A DNA stretch of 64,000 bases from Reclinomonas americana ATCC 50394 (GCA_048213135.1 PS015009.1:868001-932000), one strand, 5' to 3'; shown: positions 29,679-40,005, counted from the stretch's first letter. Program-made: numbers and translations. Notes: generated from the sequence alone by a model not told the origin.

Positions 29679-32609
29679 TTAATACCCGAAGATCTCTTCC
29701 AGTCCCAGTTTCTTCACTTCTCCGTACTTCGCCATTTCCGTTTCGGGGAGTTTTTTCTCCGATGCCACAATACAATAGGTATATGGCTTATTGGCGATGT
29801 TCTCTTTGTGGAATGTGTTCAGTTCGGCATAACCGATCTTGTCAACCGCCTGGTAGTTGGCTTTACGGATATCGTAGTTCAATCCTTTTTGCTGTGCAGC
29901 CAGGTAATCGAAGATGATACCATCCTGTGTAATACGACCTGTTTCGATGTCTTTTTTAAGACCGGCTTTGGCCACATCGATATTCTGCTGTACGTTGGGC
30001 AGGTCATTCAGCAACTCGTTCATCGCGGTGATGGATTCGTTGAATTTATCTGCCTGGCAACCTACGTAAGCCAGTGTATAGAAAGGATTTTCTTTCTTAT
30101 CCGGTGTAGCATATACCGCGAAGGTGGAATAGGCCAGGGCTTTGGATTCACGGATGGTCTGGAATACCAGCGCACCCATACCGCCACCAAAATAGTTGTT
30201 GAAAATGCCCACTACCGGTTCTTTGGAAGCATCATAGGTACTGGTGTTCCTTATCCAGCGAATCTCCGACTGCACCATATTGTAATCGGCAAACAATACC
30301 TGGTTTTTGGTTTGCGTGGCATTGTCGAATTTTACTTTTGCAGGGGCAGCGGTAAAAGTGGCCGGCACTTTATGCATTTTCTGCAATGAAGCAGTCAGTT
30401 GTGCGAGCGGCTGCGGACCATAATACAGTATCCTGTGATCGTAACCACCCAGATTGTGCAGTTTGTCTACCAGTTCGGCTGATGTAACGGCGTTCAGTTC
30501 ATCGTTACTCAGCGTATAATTGAATGGATTTTTGCTGCCATAGCGGGCATAAGCTACCAGCCCGTTCATAATAGAACCTTTGCTGGCTTTCGCGTCTGTT
30601 CTGGATTTGGCGATCCTGGCCTTCATTCCTTTCAACGCTTCTTCATCCGGTTTGCAATTCTTCACCAGGTCTTCGAAAAGTGTTACGGCCTTGTCGAAGT
30701 TTTCCTGTAACCCTTCAATGGTAACGGTGGTGTATTCAGCACCGGCGCTTACGGTAAAGCTGCAGGCGATTTTGTAGAATGCTTTGGTAATATCTTCGGC
30801 ACTCATTTTATCCGTGCCCAGGAAAGAGAGGTACTGAGCAGCCAGTCCCAGTTTTTTATCGTTCCAGGTACCCATAGCATAGCGGTAACGCAGGCGGAAA
30901 ATAGCATTGTCCTTATTGGGCACATACAATACTTCGGCGGCGCCTACTTTGGATTTCTGGATGTCTTTATCATAATCGAGGAACACAGGCTTTACCGGTG
31001 TGGCCGGCATGCTGTTCACCTGTTTTACGAAATCAGATTGGGCATTGCGGTTGGTTTCTACCGGGGTGATGGCAGGTTTGTCTACCTTAACCACGTTTTT
31101 ATCTTCTCCTTTGCGTTTGAAGATGACGAGGTAATTTTCCTGGAAATATTTGTTGGCAAAGTCAACAATATCTTTTTTGCTGATCTGCGACAGCAGGTCG
31201 GTGTACGCCACCAGCTCTCTCCAGTCCTGTTCATTGGTGAATGCGTCCATCAGGTCGCTGGCACGTCCGCCATAGCTTTCGGCAGCCAGTATCTTTGTTT
31301 TTTTATTGTTGTTGATGATAGAGGTGATCAGGTCATCGTCAAATTTTCCCTGCTTCAGGTTGTTGATCTCTCCCAGCATCAGGTCACGTACGGCTTCGAG
31401 TGACTGCCCCTGTGTGGGATTTCCCTGCAGGAACATAACACCATGATCGATGAGTGTAAAAGTAGAGGCTGATGCACGGAGAAGTTTTTGTTTCTTCACC
31501 AGGTTCAGGTCGATAAGACCGGCTTTGCCATTGGTAAGAATTTGCCCTACCAGGTCGGCCAGCAGCACGTCTTTCGATTTGTTGCCCGGCAGGCGGTAAC
31601 CGATGGTCACGCTCTCCGCGTCGGGTCCAACCACTTCAGCGGTGATAGGAGCCGTTAGCGGTACTTCATCCTGGAAAGTATATTTGGGAACCGGCTTGTT
31701 CTGCATGTAAGAGAACGTAGCATCGATCTTTTTGATCATCTGGTCGGCATCAAAATCGCCCGACATGATCACACCCATATTGTTGGGCACATAATACGTA
31801 TTGTAGTATTTGCGGATCTCCTGGAGAGAAGGGTTTTTCAAATGTTCGATGGTGCCGATAGTGGTTTGCTTGCCATAGTTGTGGTTTTTGAACAGCTCGG
31901 CAAAGAGTTTTTCAAAAACCTTGCGGCCGTCATTATCCAGTCCGCGGTTCTTTTCTTCATACACGGCTTCCAGCTCGGTGTGGAAGATGCGCAGTACCGG
32001 GTTGCGGAAACGTTCGCCCTGTACTTTCAGGTATTTATCTACGGCATTGGAAGGAACGTCGTCTGTATATACCGTTTGTTCAAAAGAAGTGAAGGCATTG
32101 GTACCCTGGGCACCCATTGCACTCATGAGTTTATCATATTCATTGGCGATGGAATATTTAGAGGCCACACCCGAAACGGAGTCGATGCGGTGGTATATCT
32201 CTTTCCGCTGTGCGGGATCTGTTGAATGATTGTACTCTTCGTAAAGGGCGTCAATCTTGTCCAGTTCCGGTTTTTCTTTGGCCCAGTTGAGCGAGCCGTA
32301 TTTATCTGTTCCTTTGAACAGCATATGCTCCAGGTAGTGCGCCAGGCCGGTGTTGGTGGCCGGGTCTGTCTTGCTGCCGGCCTTGGTGGCCACATAGCAT
32401 TGTACGCGGGGGTCTTTGCTGGTGGGACTCAAAATAACGGTGAGACCATTCTTTAAGGTATAGAACCTGGCTTTCGCCGGGTCGCTGGTTACATACTTAT
32501 ACGTGTAACCTCCCGAAGTGGCTTCCTTCCATTGGTACTTGCCGGCTTGGGCAAAGGTCATTGCAGGCAGGCAGAGGGCTGCAACGGCCAGTTGTTGGAA
32601 TAAACGCAT
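29679..32609 (-). CDS. M16 (insulinase) family zinc peptidase
   Basis: Signal peptide, GLAHYLEH (HxxEH), NAFTS, IRESKALAYS. Confidence 0.95.
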   Translation of the reverse strand: MRLFQQLAVAALCLPAMTFAQAGKYQWKEATSGGYTYKYVTSDPAKARFYTLKNGLTVILSPTSKDPRVQCYVATKAGSKTDPATNTGLAHYLEHMLFKGTDKYGSLNWAKEKPELDKIDALYEEYNHSTDPAQRKEIYHRIDSVSGVASKYSIANEYDKLMSAMGAQGTNAFTSFEQTVYTDDVPSNAVDKYLKVQGERFRNPVLRIFHTELEAVYEEKNRGLDNDGRKVFEKLFAELFKNHNYGKQTTIGTIEHLKNPSLQEIRKYYNTYYVPNNMGVIMSGDFDADQMIKKIDATFSYMQNKPVPKYTFQDEVPLTAPITAEVVGPDAESVTIGYRLPGNKSKDVLLADLVGQILTNGKAGLIDLNLVKKQKLLRASASTFTLIDHGVMFLQGNPTQGQSLEAVRDLMLGEINNLKQGKFDDDLITSIINNNKKTKILAAESYGGRASDLMDAFTNEQDWRELVAYTDLLSQISKKDIVDFANKYFQENYLVIFKRKGEDKNVVKVDKPAITPVETNRNAQSDFVKQVNSMPATPVKPVFLDYDKDIQKSKVGAAEVLYVPNKDNAIFRLRYRYAMGTWNDKKLGLAAQYLSFLGTDKMSAEDITKAFYKIACSFTVSAGAEYTTVTIEGLQENFDKAVTLFEDLVKNCKPDEEALKGMKARIAKSRTDAKASKGSIMNGLVAYARYGSKNPFNYTLSNDELNAVTSAELVDKLHNLGGYDHRILYYGPQPLAQLTASLQKMHKVPATFTAAPAKVKFDNATQTKNQVLFADYNMVQSEIRWIRNTSTYDASKEPVVGIFNNYFGGGMGALVFQTIRESKALAYSTFAVYATPDKKENPFYTLAYVGCQADKFNESITAMNELLNDLPNVQQNIDVAKAGLKKDIETGRITQDGIIFDYLAAQQKGLNYDIRKANYQAVDKIGYAELNTFHKENIANKPYTYCIVASEKKLPETEMAKYGEVKKLGLEEIFGY

Positions 32610-32949
32610 GGAATTTGATTTGGTTGAAAAATGAGTTGCCTAAGTTACAATTTCTATTTCCTCCAACAAGCCTTAATGGGAAAATCGGCACCACAACCCG
32701 GAAAATGACCAGGGACGGCAGTTATACCGTCCCGGTCACACCAAACCAAAACATGAAAACTAAACCTTATTCGTCGTCGTTTATACAGGATGCGGCGGGT
32801 CGTGAAATTACACAGGCAGGCGACGGATGACGGGTGACAGGCTACGAACAACCCTGGCAGGGCGGCCAATGGCTGTTTCAACCCTGGCAAAAGAATTTTT
32901 CCTGGCTTCGGATTATTGAACCAATTTTGCCGCAAACAGAATCACCATT

Positions 32950-33885
32950 ATGAAAAGCATACTTCGTTTCTTACTCAGAACCCTGCTCTTCCTTTTCGTG
33001 GTTGTAAACATCATTACAGCATTTCACGCTTATAAATTCACCCACTTTTACGATCCGGATAAAGTAAAAGTGAAACGGAATGAAGACAAGACCGGCTGGG
33101 ACAAAACCAGCGATATTCTCTTTGGCGCGAAAGCCGTTAAGCAAAAGAACCGGGTGGCCGACAGCGCCTGGCAAACTGTGCAGCTGACCACCGCGAAAGG
33201 TTTGAAACTGGAAGGCTGGTACATTTCCAGGGACAGCGCCAAAGGCACCGTTATCCTTTTTCACGGGCATGGCGGCAGCCGCTCGGGCGTAGTAAATGAA
33301 GCACTTCGTTTTCATGATATGGGATATAATACCTTGCTGATGGATTTCAGGGCGCATGGCAGCAGCCAGGGCAATACCTGCACCATTGGGTATGAAGAGT
33401 CGGAAGATGTGAAACTCGCTTTTGATCATATCCGTGGCAAAGGAGAAAAACACATTATACTATGGGGCATTTCCATGGGCGCCGCCGCGGTTACCAAGGC
33501 CATGCATGATTATGACCTGGCCGTTGATAAAGTGATCCTCGAAATGCCTTTCGGTTCCATCCTGCAGGCAGCCGAAGGAAGACTGTCCATCATGAAGCTA
33601 CCCCGCGAACCGCTGGCCTCGCTGGTCACTTTCTGGGGCGGCGTGGAGCAGGGTTTCTGGGCGTTCAGCATGAAACCATCGCGGTATGCCCGTTCCATTC
33701 ATTGCCCAACGCTGGTACAATGGGGGCGCAATGATCCCCGCGTTAGCTGGGAGGAAACCGCCGCGGTGTACAACAGCATACCGGCACAGAAAAAACTGGT
33801 GATCTATGAAAACAGCGTTCACAAGTCGCTGTACGACCAGGAGCCTGAAAAATGGATAAAAGAAGTGAGCAATTTTTTACAATGA
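32950..33885 (+). CDS. Membrane-anchored alpha/beta hydrolase
   Basis: FHGHGG, DFRAHGSS, GISMG, GRNDPRV. Confidence 0.9.
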   Translation: MKSILRFLLRTLLFLFVVVNIITAFHAYKFTHFYDPDKVKVKRNEDKTGWDKTSDILFGAKAVKQKNRVADSAWQTVQLTTAKGLKLEGWYISRDSAKGTVILFHGHGGSRSGVVNEALRFHDMGYNTLLMDFRAHGSSQGNTCTIGYEESEDVKLAFDHIRGKGEKHIILWGISMGAAAVTKAMHDYDLAVDKVILEMPFGSILQAAEGRLSIMKLPREPLASLVTFWGGVEQGFWAFSMKPSRYARSIHCPTLVQWGRNDPRVSWEETAAVYNSIPAQKKLVIYENSVHKSLYDQEPEKWIKEVSNFLQ

Positions 33886-35111
33886 CAGATCCCAGGAAAA
33901 TATCCATCCTCGATTATACGTACGAACTTCCCAACGAAAGGATAGCCCTGCACCCGCTTGAAAAAAGGGACGCTTCCAAACTGCTGGTGTACCGTAACGG
34001 CAACATCACCGAATCGGTGTATACCAGGCTGCATGAACACCTGCCCGGCAACAGCTACCTGGTTTTTAACAACACGCGTGTTATCAAAGCACGCATACGT
34101 TTTCAGAAAGAGACCGGCGGCTGGGTGGAGATTTTTTGCCTGGAACCCCACGAAACCATCAGCGAGTACAGCAGCATTATGAACCGCACCGGCAACGTTA
34201 CCTGGAAATGCCTGGTAGGCGGGGCGGGCAAGTGGAAGTCGGGCGGCCTGCAACTGGTTTGCGCTTACAATGGCGGCGAATTCACCCTTCGGGCCACCAT
34301 GATCGAAAAACTTTCCGACGCGTATGTGATCCGTTTTTCCTGGACACCGGAGCAATATGCTTTTGCCGAAGTGATTGAAGCGGCGGGTGATATTCCTTTG
34401 CCTCCTTATATAAAACGTACCACTTCGCAGGATGACACGGAAAGATACCAAACCATTTATGCGCAGGATGAAGGATCGGTGGCAGCGCCAACAGCGGGGT
34501 TGCATTTCAGTGAAGACATATTTACTTCACTGCGTGAAAAAAATATCGATACCGGTTTTGTCACACTTCATGTAGGAGCAGGTACTTTCAAGCCCGTAAA
34601 GGCCGAATACATGGAAGGGCATGATATGCACGCGGAATGGATAGATGTAAGCGCTGAAAGTATTGAAGCTTTGATCACACATAAAGATGATAATATTACA
34701 GCGGTGGGTACTACGTCGTTGCGCACACTGGAAAGCCTGTACTGGCTGGGCGTTAAAGCATTGCTGGAGCCTGGTGCTGCACAACTGACCCTGTCGCAAT
34801 GGGATGTGTATGAAACAGCACTGGCAACCGCTGATATCCCATTGAATGAAGCGCTTGGTGCCTTACTGAAGTGGATGAGGGAACATAACCGCGAACATCT
34901 TTTTACACAGACACAGTTACTGATCGTTCCCGGGTACCGTTTCCGCGTGGTGAAGGCGTTGATCACCAATTTTCACCAGCCGCAATCAACCCTGCTCCTG
35001 CTGGTGGCTGCGGCAACGCAGAACAACTGGAAAAAAATATATGAGTATGCGATGGAGCACGACTTCCGTTTCCTGAGTTACGGGGATGGAAGCCTGCTGT
35101 TCCTGGAGTAA
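33882..35111 (+). CDS. queA: S-adenosylmethionine:tRNA ribosyltransferase-isomerase
   Basis: FNNTRVIKAR, PLPPYI, GSVAAPTAGLHF, TLHVGAGTF, TNFHQPQSTL, FLSYGD. Confidence 0.96.
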   Translation: MTDPRKISILDYTYELPNERIALHPLEKRDASKLLVYRNGNITESVYTRLHEHLPGNSYLVFNNTRVIKARIRFQKETGGWVEIFCLEPHETISEYSSIMNRTGNVTWKCLVGGAGKWKSGGLQLVCAYNGGEFTLRATMIEKLSDAYVIRFSWTPEQYAFAEVIEAAGDIPLPPYIKRTTSQDDTERYQTIYAQDEGSVAAPTAGLHFSEDIFTSLREKNIDTGFVTLHVGAGTFKPVKAEYMEGHDMHAEWIDVSAESIEALITHKDDNITAVGTTSLRTLESLYWLGVKALLEPGAAQLTLSQWDVYETALATADIPLNEALGALLKWMREHNREHLFTQTQLLIVPGYRFRVVKALITNFHQPQSTLLLLVAAATQNNWKKIYEYAMEHDFRFLSYGDGSLLFLE

Positions 35112-35117
35112 ACACAA

Positions 35118-35480
35118 CTACCTTCCGGCTGACCTTACCATTACCGCTACCTCCGTTGCCTGTTTCTGGTTGTATTCTGAAACCATTTTATCGAGATTCA
35201 CCAGGTCAATGATAGTGCCGATGCCGCATAAACCGGCGGTGAACAGGTACAGCAGGCCCATGCCTGTTTCTCCCAGTACAAAGCGCTGGATGCCCGCCAC
35301 AAAGAAAAACCCGATGATCGTCAGTACCATAATATCGCGTTTCTCCTTACGCTTGCCTCTCAGGAAAAGAAAAAACTGCTGTTCCTGGTTCTCCGTCATT
35401 CCCTTGGTCAGACTTTGGATCAATATGAACTCTTCGGGTTGCAGTTCAGGCAACATCGTGAATATTTGCTGCTGGTCCAT
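35118..35480 (-). CDS. TM2 domain protein
   Basis: GIQRFVLGETGMGLLYLFTAGLCGIGTIIDL. Confidence 0.9.
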   Translation of the reverse strand: MDQQQIFTMLPELQPEEFILIQSLTKGMTENQEQQFFLFLRGKRKEKRDIMVLTIIGFFFVAGIQRFVLGETGMGLLYLFTAGLCGIGTIIDLVNLDKMVSEYNQKQATEVAVMVRSAGR

Positions 35481-35778
35481 ACGTAACTGGTTTAGTGCGT
35501 TTGAAAAATAGTTTTACAACAATGGTATAAAGAATAGCGAGTGTTGCGGGGATGCCCAGCACATGCTCATCGAATGACCTGGCCATGTTGAGATGAAGGG
35601 CATAATGAATAGAGTGGCCAATGCCACAACCGGGGCAATAAGAAAAGCCGATAAATTTAAAGAGACAAAAAGAAGTGCCCTGGCTTGCAGGGTCCATAAA
35701 GAAAAGCAGCAGCAGCGCTGTTATCCAAATGACAGGCCCGGCGTATTGCTTCCATATGACTTTGAGCGGGATCATCAT
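35446..35778 (-). CDS. DUF2752 family membrane protein
   Basis: CLFK..GFSYCPGCGIGHS motif, adjacent to the TM2 gene. Confidence 0.85.
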   Translation of the reverse strand: MMIPLKVIWKQYAGPVIWITALLLLFFMDPASQGTSFCLFKFIGFSYCPGCGIGHSIHYALHLNMARSFDEHVLGIPATLAILYTIVVKLFFKRTKPVTYGPAANIHDVA

Positions 35779-35823
35779 ACGGTATACAATATACCCGGAT
35801 TTAATGAAACCTCAAAAACAGGG

Positions 35824-35971
35824 TAGTACACCAGTTTAAATCCTGTTCCTTTATGTCATACCGGGGTAACGAGGTATCTCTCAGCACAGAAAAGAGGTTC
35901 CTTCCCGATATCGTTCCTCAGCGGGACAGGCTCTTTCGTCGGAGTGACTCAAAAATGAAACTGTAGCACTA
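35824..35971. mobile_element. MITE-like shell enclosing a REP-like doublet
   Basis: TAGTACACCAGTTT ... AAACTGTAGCACTA; inner GTCATACCGGGGTAACGAGGTATCTC ... GTCGGAGTGAC at 35855-35948. Confidence 0.6.
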
Positions 35972-36020
35972 CCAAAAACAGCGGAATGCCATTTTGAATT
36001 TTACCTTTTTACTTTTGATT

Positions 36021-36620
36021 TTACTGCTGTATGGTCACAGGCGTTCCTACGGGGATGTAGCTGTACAGGTCTTTCATTTCGGAGTACTTCACCGAAACGC
36101 AACCATCGGTCCAGTTGTAGAAATTATCTACCGTCCATTCTTCCTGCGGACGGGTGGCATGTATGGCGATGCCGTTGCCTATTTTGGCGGTCTTGGGAAT
36201 GAGTCCTTTCGCTTTACGTTCTTCAAAACGCTGCATACTGGTCTCGTTCGGGTAGTCGAGCAGCAATTCCGGGCCCCATTGTTTGTGTATCTTTTTCAGG
36301 ATCACTTTGAATTGTCCGTCGGGGGTACGTTTATCGCCTTCCCGCATTTTATCGCTCAGGTCTTTACTTCCGAAAACGATGGGATAAGTGGCGTACCAGC
36401 CTTCATCATCATATACCTTCAGCTCATAATCACTTTTGTCAACAATAATGTAATAGGGATTGTCTGCAGGCGCTTCCACAACCGCCTTCTTCGCAACCGT
36501 AAAGCTGCGGGGTTTCTTTGCTGCCGGCGCTTTCTTCTTTTTTCCCTTGTCGGGAGTGAATGAAAATGCCGTTGCTAAAACCAATACACCTGCTAAAAAA
36601 CGGAAAGTGATTCCTTTCAT
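36021..36620 (-). CDS. L,D-transpeptidase (YkuD) family protein
   Basis: IIVDKSDYEL, EGDKRTPDG, IAIH...WTDGCV catalytic His/Cys. Confidence 0.9.
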   Translation of the reverse strand: MKGITFRFLAGVLVLATAFSFTPDKGKKKKAPAAKKPRSFTVAKKAVVEAPADNPYYIIVDKSDYELKVYDDEGWYATYPIVFGSKDLSDKMREGDKRTPDGQFKVILKKIHKQWGPELLLDYPNETSMQRFEERKAKGLIPKTAKIGNGIAIHATRPQEEWTVDNFYNWTDGCVSVKYSEMKDLYSYIPVGTPVTIQQ

Positions 36621-36990
36621 GGCTGATTTGAGTTGTAGCGCTATGATCAAACGCTGTGCCATTCAAAAATATTTTATCCGTTTTAAAAAGATTAACAAAA
36701 AATACAAAATGTGGAAAAATTCATCCCGGTCGGCGCCTGCAAACGTTGCCAGGAAAGGTTACCCGCAGGTAACTATCAACCCTGTTATGTACATATTAAA
36801 GCTAATCCCAACATCTCCGTCTTATTCAATCCTTCATTCCTCCCCTCCTTCATTCTTTCATTCCTAAAACGAGAATCCCGCCGGTGCAGGATAAAATCCA
36901 TGCCGCGGCGGGATCGTTCTTATCATAAACCCGCTCCCTCACCTGCATTGGCCATGGCTTCTGCAGGCAAAGGATTGGGAGAGAGAGCTT

Positions 36991-37845
36991 TTACCAGTTG
37001 CTGAAACGCAGGCCAACATTATAAGGCCTCATGTTCAGGCTGTGTTCGTAGATCGATTTGGGACTGTAGGAACCGTAGAAGCGGATACCGGCAATGCCCA
37101 GCTCAGCTACATAAGAGAATTTGAAACGTTCCATATCATAGTCGCCCCTGTTCTTGCGCTTGCCCCTTTCATCGCTGATCTGTTTGTTACGCTGGCTGTA
37201 CAGGTAGCCTGCGCTTACACCTATACTCATGCTGATGCCTTTACGCTGGTTGTTGTGCGTGGCAAAATTCAGCATCAGTGGCACAGTCAGGTAATCCAGC
37301 GCCAGCTTATTCTTGGAGAACTCGATGGAGTCGCGGAAGATGAATGGTTCGTTGGTGTTTACCGTACCCAGGGTGTAAGGAACCACGCCGCCTTCGCGGT
37401 AGCTCAGCATGGACGAGGATTTGTAGCGGTAGTTATTGAGTTCAAGACCCAGCCCGTATTTCAGGTTCACCTTATGTTTGACCAGGTTCAGCCTTTGCAT
37501 GAAGAACCAGATGTTGACGTTGACGCTTTTACCGGTGCGGAGTTTGAAATCGCTTTTGCCGATAGCGGGATAGCCCGGGCGGTTCACCAGGTAAGACCCG
37601 GCAGTGCTGTAATCTGTTTTATCATCGTAGTTGGCAAAACCCAGGTCTACAATACCCCAGTTGGTGGAGATGTTGGAGCGCTTCCTTTTTTCATTGTTCC
37701 TGTCATTGTCCATGTGAATGCTCCTGTGGCCTTTCTTGCCTTCTTTTACGATCACCATGCCACCAATGCGGATGGTGTCTTTTTTCTGAGCCATAGCGCC
37801 CAGGCAGAAGAGAAATGTTAATGTGAGTAGTGTTATCCGTTTCAT
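36991..37845 (-). CDS. Outer-membrane beta-barrel protein
   Basis: Signal peptide, amphipathic strands, KNKLALDYLTVPLML; last gene of the ECF operon. Confidence 0.8.
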   Translation of the reverse strand: MKRITLLTLTFLFCLGAMAQKKDTIRIGGMVIVKEGKKGHRSIHMDNDRNNEKRKRSNISTNWGIVDLGFANYDDKTDYSTAGSYLVNRPGYPAIGKSDFKLRTGKSVNVNIWFFMQRLNLVKHKVNLKYGLGLELNNYRYKSSSMLSYREGGVVPYTLGTVNTNEPFIFRDSIEFSKNKLALDYLTVPLMLNFATHNNQRKGISMSIGVSAGYLYSQRNKQISDERGKRKNRGDYDMERFKFSYVAELGIAGIRFYGSYSPKSIYEHSLNMRPYNVGLRFSNW

Positions 37846-37948
37846 TTGCTTAGTTTTTATTGTTATGATCACGTACATGTTCCGTTACGGGCAAAGGAGT
37901 CCTGTTTCCAGTTGTTGGTTCATGTACTGTGTTGTAAAAGGTTAATGA

Positions 37949-39115
37949 TTATTTGGCTGCGATCTCGAAACCGGCGATCTGTATACCTTCTCCTGTTTTG
38001 ATGTTGGCAGAGCGTTCGAGTACCCGGCGTACTTTGCGGAAGAAACCACCCAGTTTGGTTTTTTTGTTCCTGTCCTCTTCCAGGTAATTGACATTCTCGT
38101 CGGCGCTGGCCAGCTTCGCATAAGGATTGGTGTTAGGCTGACTGTTATTGATCTCTGGTTTATTGTTGGAAGGAATAACAGTTCCGGATCTGTTATTGTC
38201 TTCTACAGGTGGTACGTTTACGGAAGCGATAGTGTTACTTTCTCTCTTGTTAATATTTTCAAAATATGGCTTGGGTAAATTATTGCTGGGTTTTTGCTGT
38301 TGTGGTTCGTTACCGGTTTCGTTGGTCACCAGTGAACTGTTGTCTTTAACCTGCAGGCGTTGCACAGCAGGTGTAACGGTATTGTTGCTGTTGTTGTGAT
38401 CGCCTGTTGTTGTTTTACCCGGATCGGTGGTTGTTACTTTATTATGGGTATGATCACTGCCGGTTGTGGCTACATCATTGCCGTTCGGGTTTGTTGTATT
38501 GGTATTCGTATCGGTGTTCGTATCGCTACCCTGGTGAACGCCGGCAATATTAACGGGGTTAGCATCCTGTTTTACAGGCTGGCCGTTTTGCCTGGCCAAT
38601 CCGCTGTCGGATGCCGCAGGGTTACTCTTGCTATTGTAAACGCTCAGTCCTGTCCAGATGCCAAAGCCCAGCAATACCGCGGCTGCGGCCACACGCCACC
38701 ATTTGAAGGCCACTACCCTTCCCGGCTCTTCGCGGTACAGGGAGGCTTTATCTTCAAATACCACCGTTTCGGGATGCAGGCGGGTGCTTTGCAGGATTTC
38801 CCATTCAGCGGCGGCTGCCTTATCGGTTTTCAGTAAGGATTGTACAAGGGCAGATTCTTTCTTATCCAGTTCCTTATCACCATACAGCACCAGTTTTTCC
38901 TGCATAGCGGCGAATTCTTCATCCTTAAGCAGGAAAGATTTATCAAAGCTGATGGGGGCTGGCGACAGCACACTGTCCTGTAACAACAACAGTTCGGCTT
39001 TAACGTCAGGGTTTTCCTGCACAAAAAGCTCTACGGACTTTCTTTCCGCAGCAGACAATTCGTTGTCTACATACATCAGGAAGTACTCTTCGTAATTATT
39101 TCTGTTGATGTTCAT
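37949..39115 (-). CDS. Anti-sigma factor-like membrane protein
   Basis: NINRNNYEEYFLMYVDNELS, one TM helix, low-complexity periplasmic region. Confidence 0.85.
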   Translation of the reverse strand: MNINRNNYEEYFLMYVDNELSAAERKSVELFVQENPDVKAELLLLQDSVLSPAPISFDKSFLLKDEEFAAMQEKLVLYGDKELDKKESALVQSLLKTDKAAAAEWEILQSTRLHPETVVFEDKASLYREEPGRVVAFKWWRVAAAAVLLGFGIWTGLSVYNSKSNPAASDSGLARQNGQPVKQDANPVNIAGVHQGSDTNTDTNTNTTNPNGNDVATTGSDHTHNKVTTTDPGKTTTGDHNNSNNTVTPAVQRLQVKDNSSLVTNETGNEPQQQKPSNNLPKPYFENINKRESNTIASVNVPPVEDNNRSGTVIPSNNKPEINNSQPNTNPYAKLASADENVNYLEEDRNKKTKLGGFFRKVRRVLERSANIKTGEGIQIAGFEIAAK

Positions 39116-39130
39116 TGTTGTTTGATTGCG

Positions 39131-39616
39131 CTAAATTACGTTTTCAGGACTTACGATATATTCCCTCAATTGTAACCTTGCCCGGTGTAAATATACTTTA
39201 ACCTGGCTTTCATTGAGCCCGGTTATTTTGCCGATCTCATCATAGCTGTACCCCTCGTAATCTTTCAGCATAACCAGGCTGCGTTGTACTTCTCCCAGTT
39301 TGGATAGGGCTTCATTCAGGATACGTTTGGTATCCGGTCCCTGCCTTACCGTTCCGCGGGCATCTTCATTGAACTCTTCCTTCAGGCTTATCCTTTTGTT
39401 CTTCCGGATGTGGTCGATCATCTGGTTATAGGCCACGGTGAACAGGTAACTCTTACAACGTTCATTTTCAACCTGTTCCCTGTTGATCCAGAGCTTTTCG
39501 AATGCCCCCTGCACCACGTCCTTCGCATCCTCCTCATGCCTCAGGTTCTTGAGGATGAATCGGTACACGTTATCCGCATACTGGTTTACGCATTGGTTAT
39601 ACTCTCTCTCCGTCAT
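39131..39616 (-). CDS. ECF RNA polymerase sigma factor
   Basis: AKDVVQGAFEKLW, YEGYSYDEI, QVKVYLHRAR. Confidence 0.95.
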   Translation of the reverse strand: MTEREYNQCVNQYADNVYRFILKNLRHEEDAKDVVQGAFEKLWINREQVENERCKSYLFTVAYNQMIDHIRKNKRISLKEEFNEDARGTVRQGPDTKRILNEALSKLGEVQRSLVMLKDYEGYSYDEIGKITGLNESQVKVYLHRARLQLREYIVSPENVI

Positions 39617-39663
39617 ACAGGTTTTGGTGTGGGGTTAAGTCACAGCCAGGATGTTTAATAATG

Positions 39664-39691
39664 GTACGAAGGTCGGCCAGGAAAAGTTACA
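39664..39691 (-). promoter_or_regulatory. Putative autoregulatory ECF promoter
   Basis: Minus strand TGTAAC-N17-CGTAC about 50 nt upstream of the sigma ATG. Confidence 0.5.
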
Positions 39692-39963
39692 GCGGAAGAA
39701 AAAAAGTTTTTTTCAGGTTGAAATGCCCGTTTTCGGGTCTGAATTGGAGGTTTTCGGGATAAAACGGGCCCAAAATGAGGCATTTTCAGTGAAATCCGGG
39801 CCGAAAAGGAGTAAATCACTCCACAATTCGTAATTATTATTTTCAGCCGTACATTTTTCGGACAAAAGCACCCCGTCAAAAATATCCGTTCACCTGCCTG
39901 CTGGTGTTAAGGCAAAAGTAAAAACAAGCCTGCCCGGCAGCATGTACTGCCTCTGAAGGTACC

Positions 39964-39992
39964 CGTAATTCGTAATTCATAATTCGTAATTG
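39964..39992. repeat. Heptamer tandem repeat (TCGTAAT-like)
   Basis: cgtaatt cgtaatt cataatt cgtaatt; similar array at 41292-41316. Confidence 0.7.
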
Positions 39993-39997
39993 CTACC

Positions 39998-40005
39998 TAC
40001 TTTTG
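39998..40005 (+). promoter_or_regulatory. Bacteroidota housekeeping -7 element
   Basis: TACTTTTG (TAnnTTTG) 20 nt upstream of the kbl ATG. Confidence 0.55.

Noticed and set aside
39700-39900. Imperfect inverted repeats upstream of kbl as a riboswitch or ncRNA
   Set aside because: No recognisable aptamer motif, and the probable kbl promoter lies downstream of this region.
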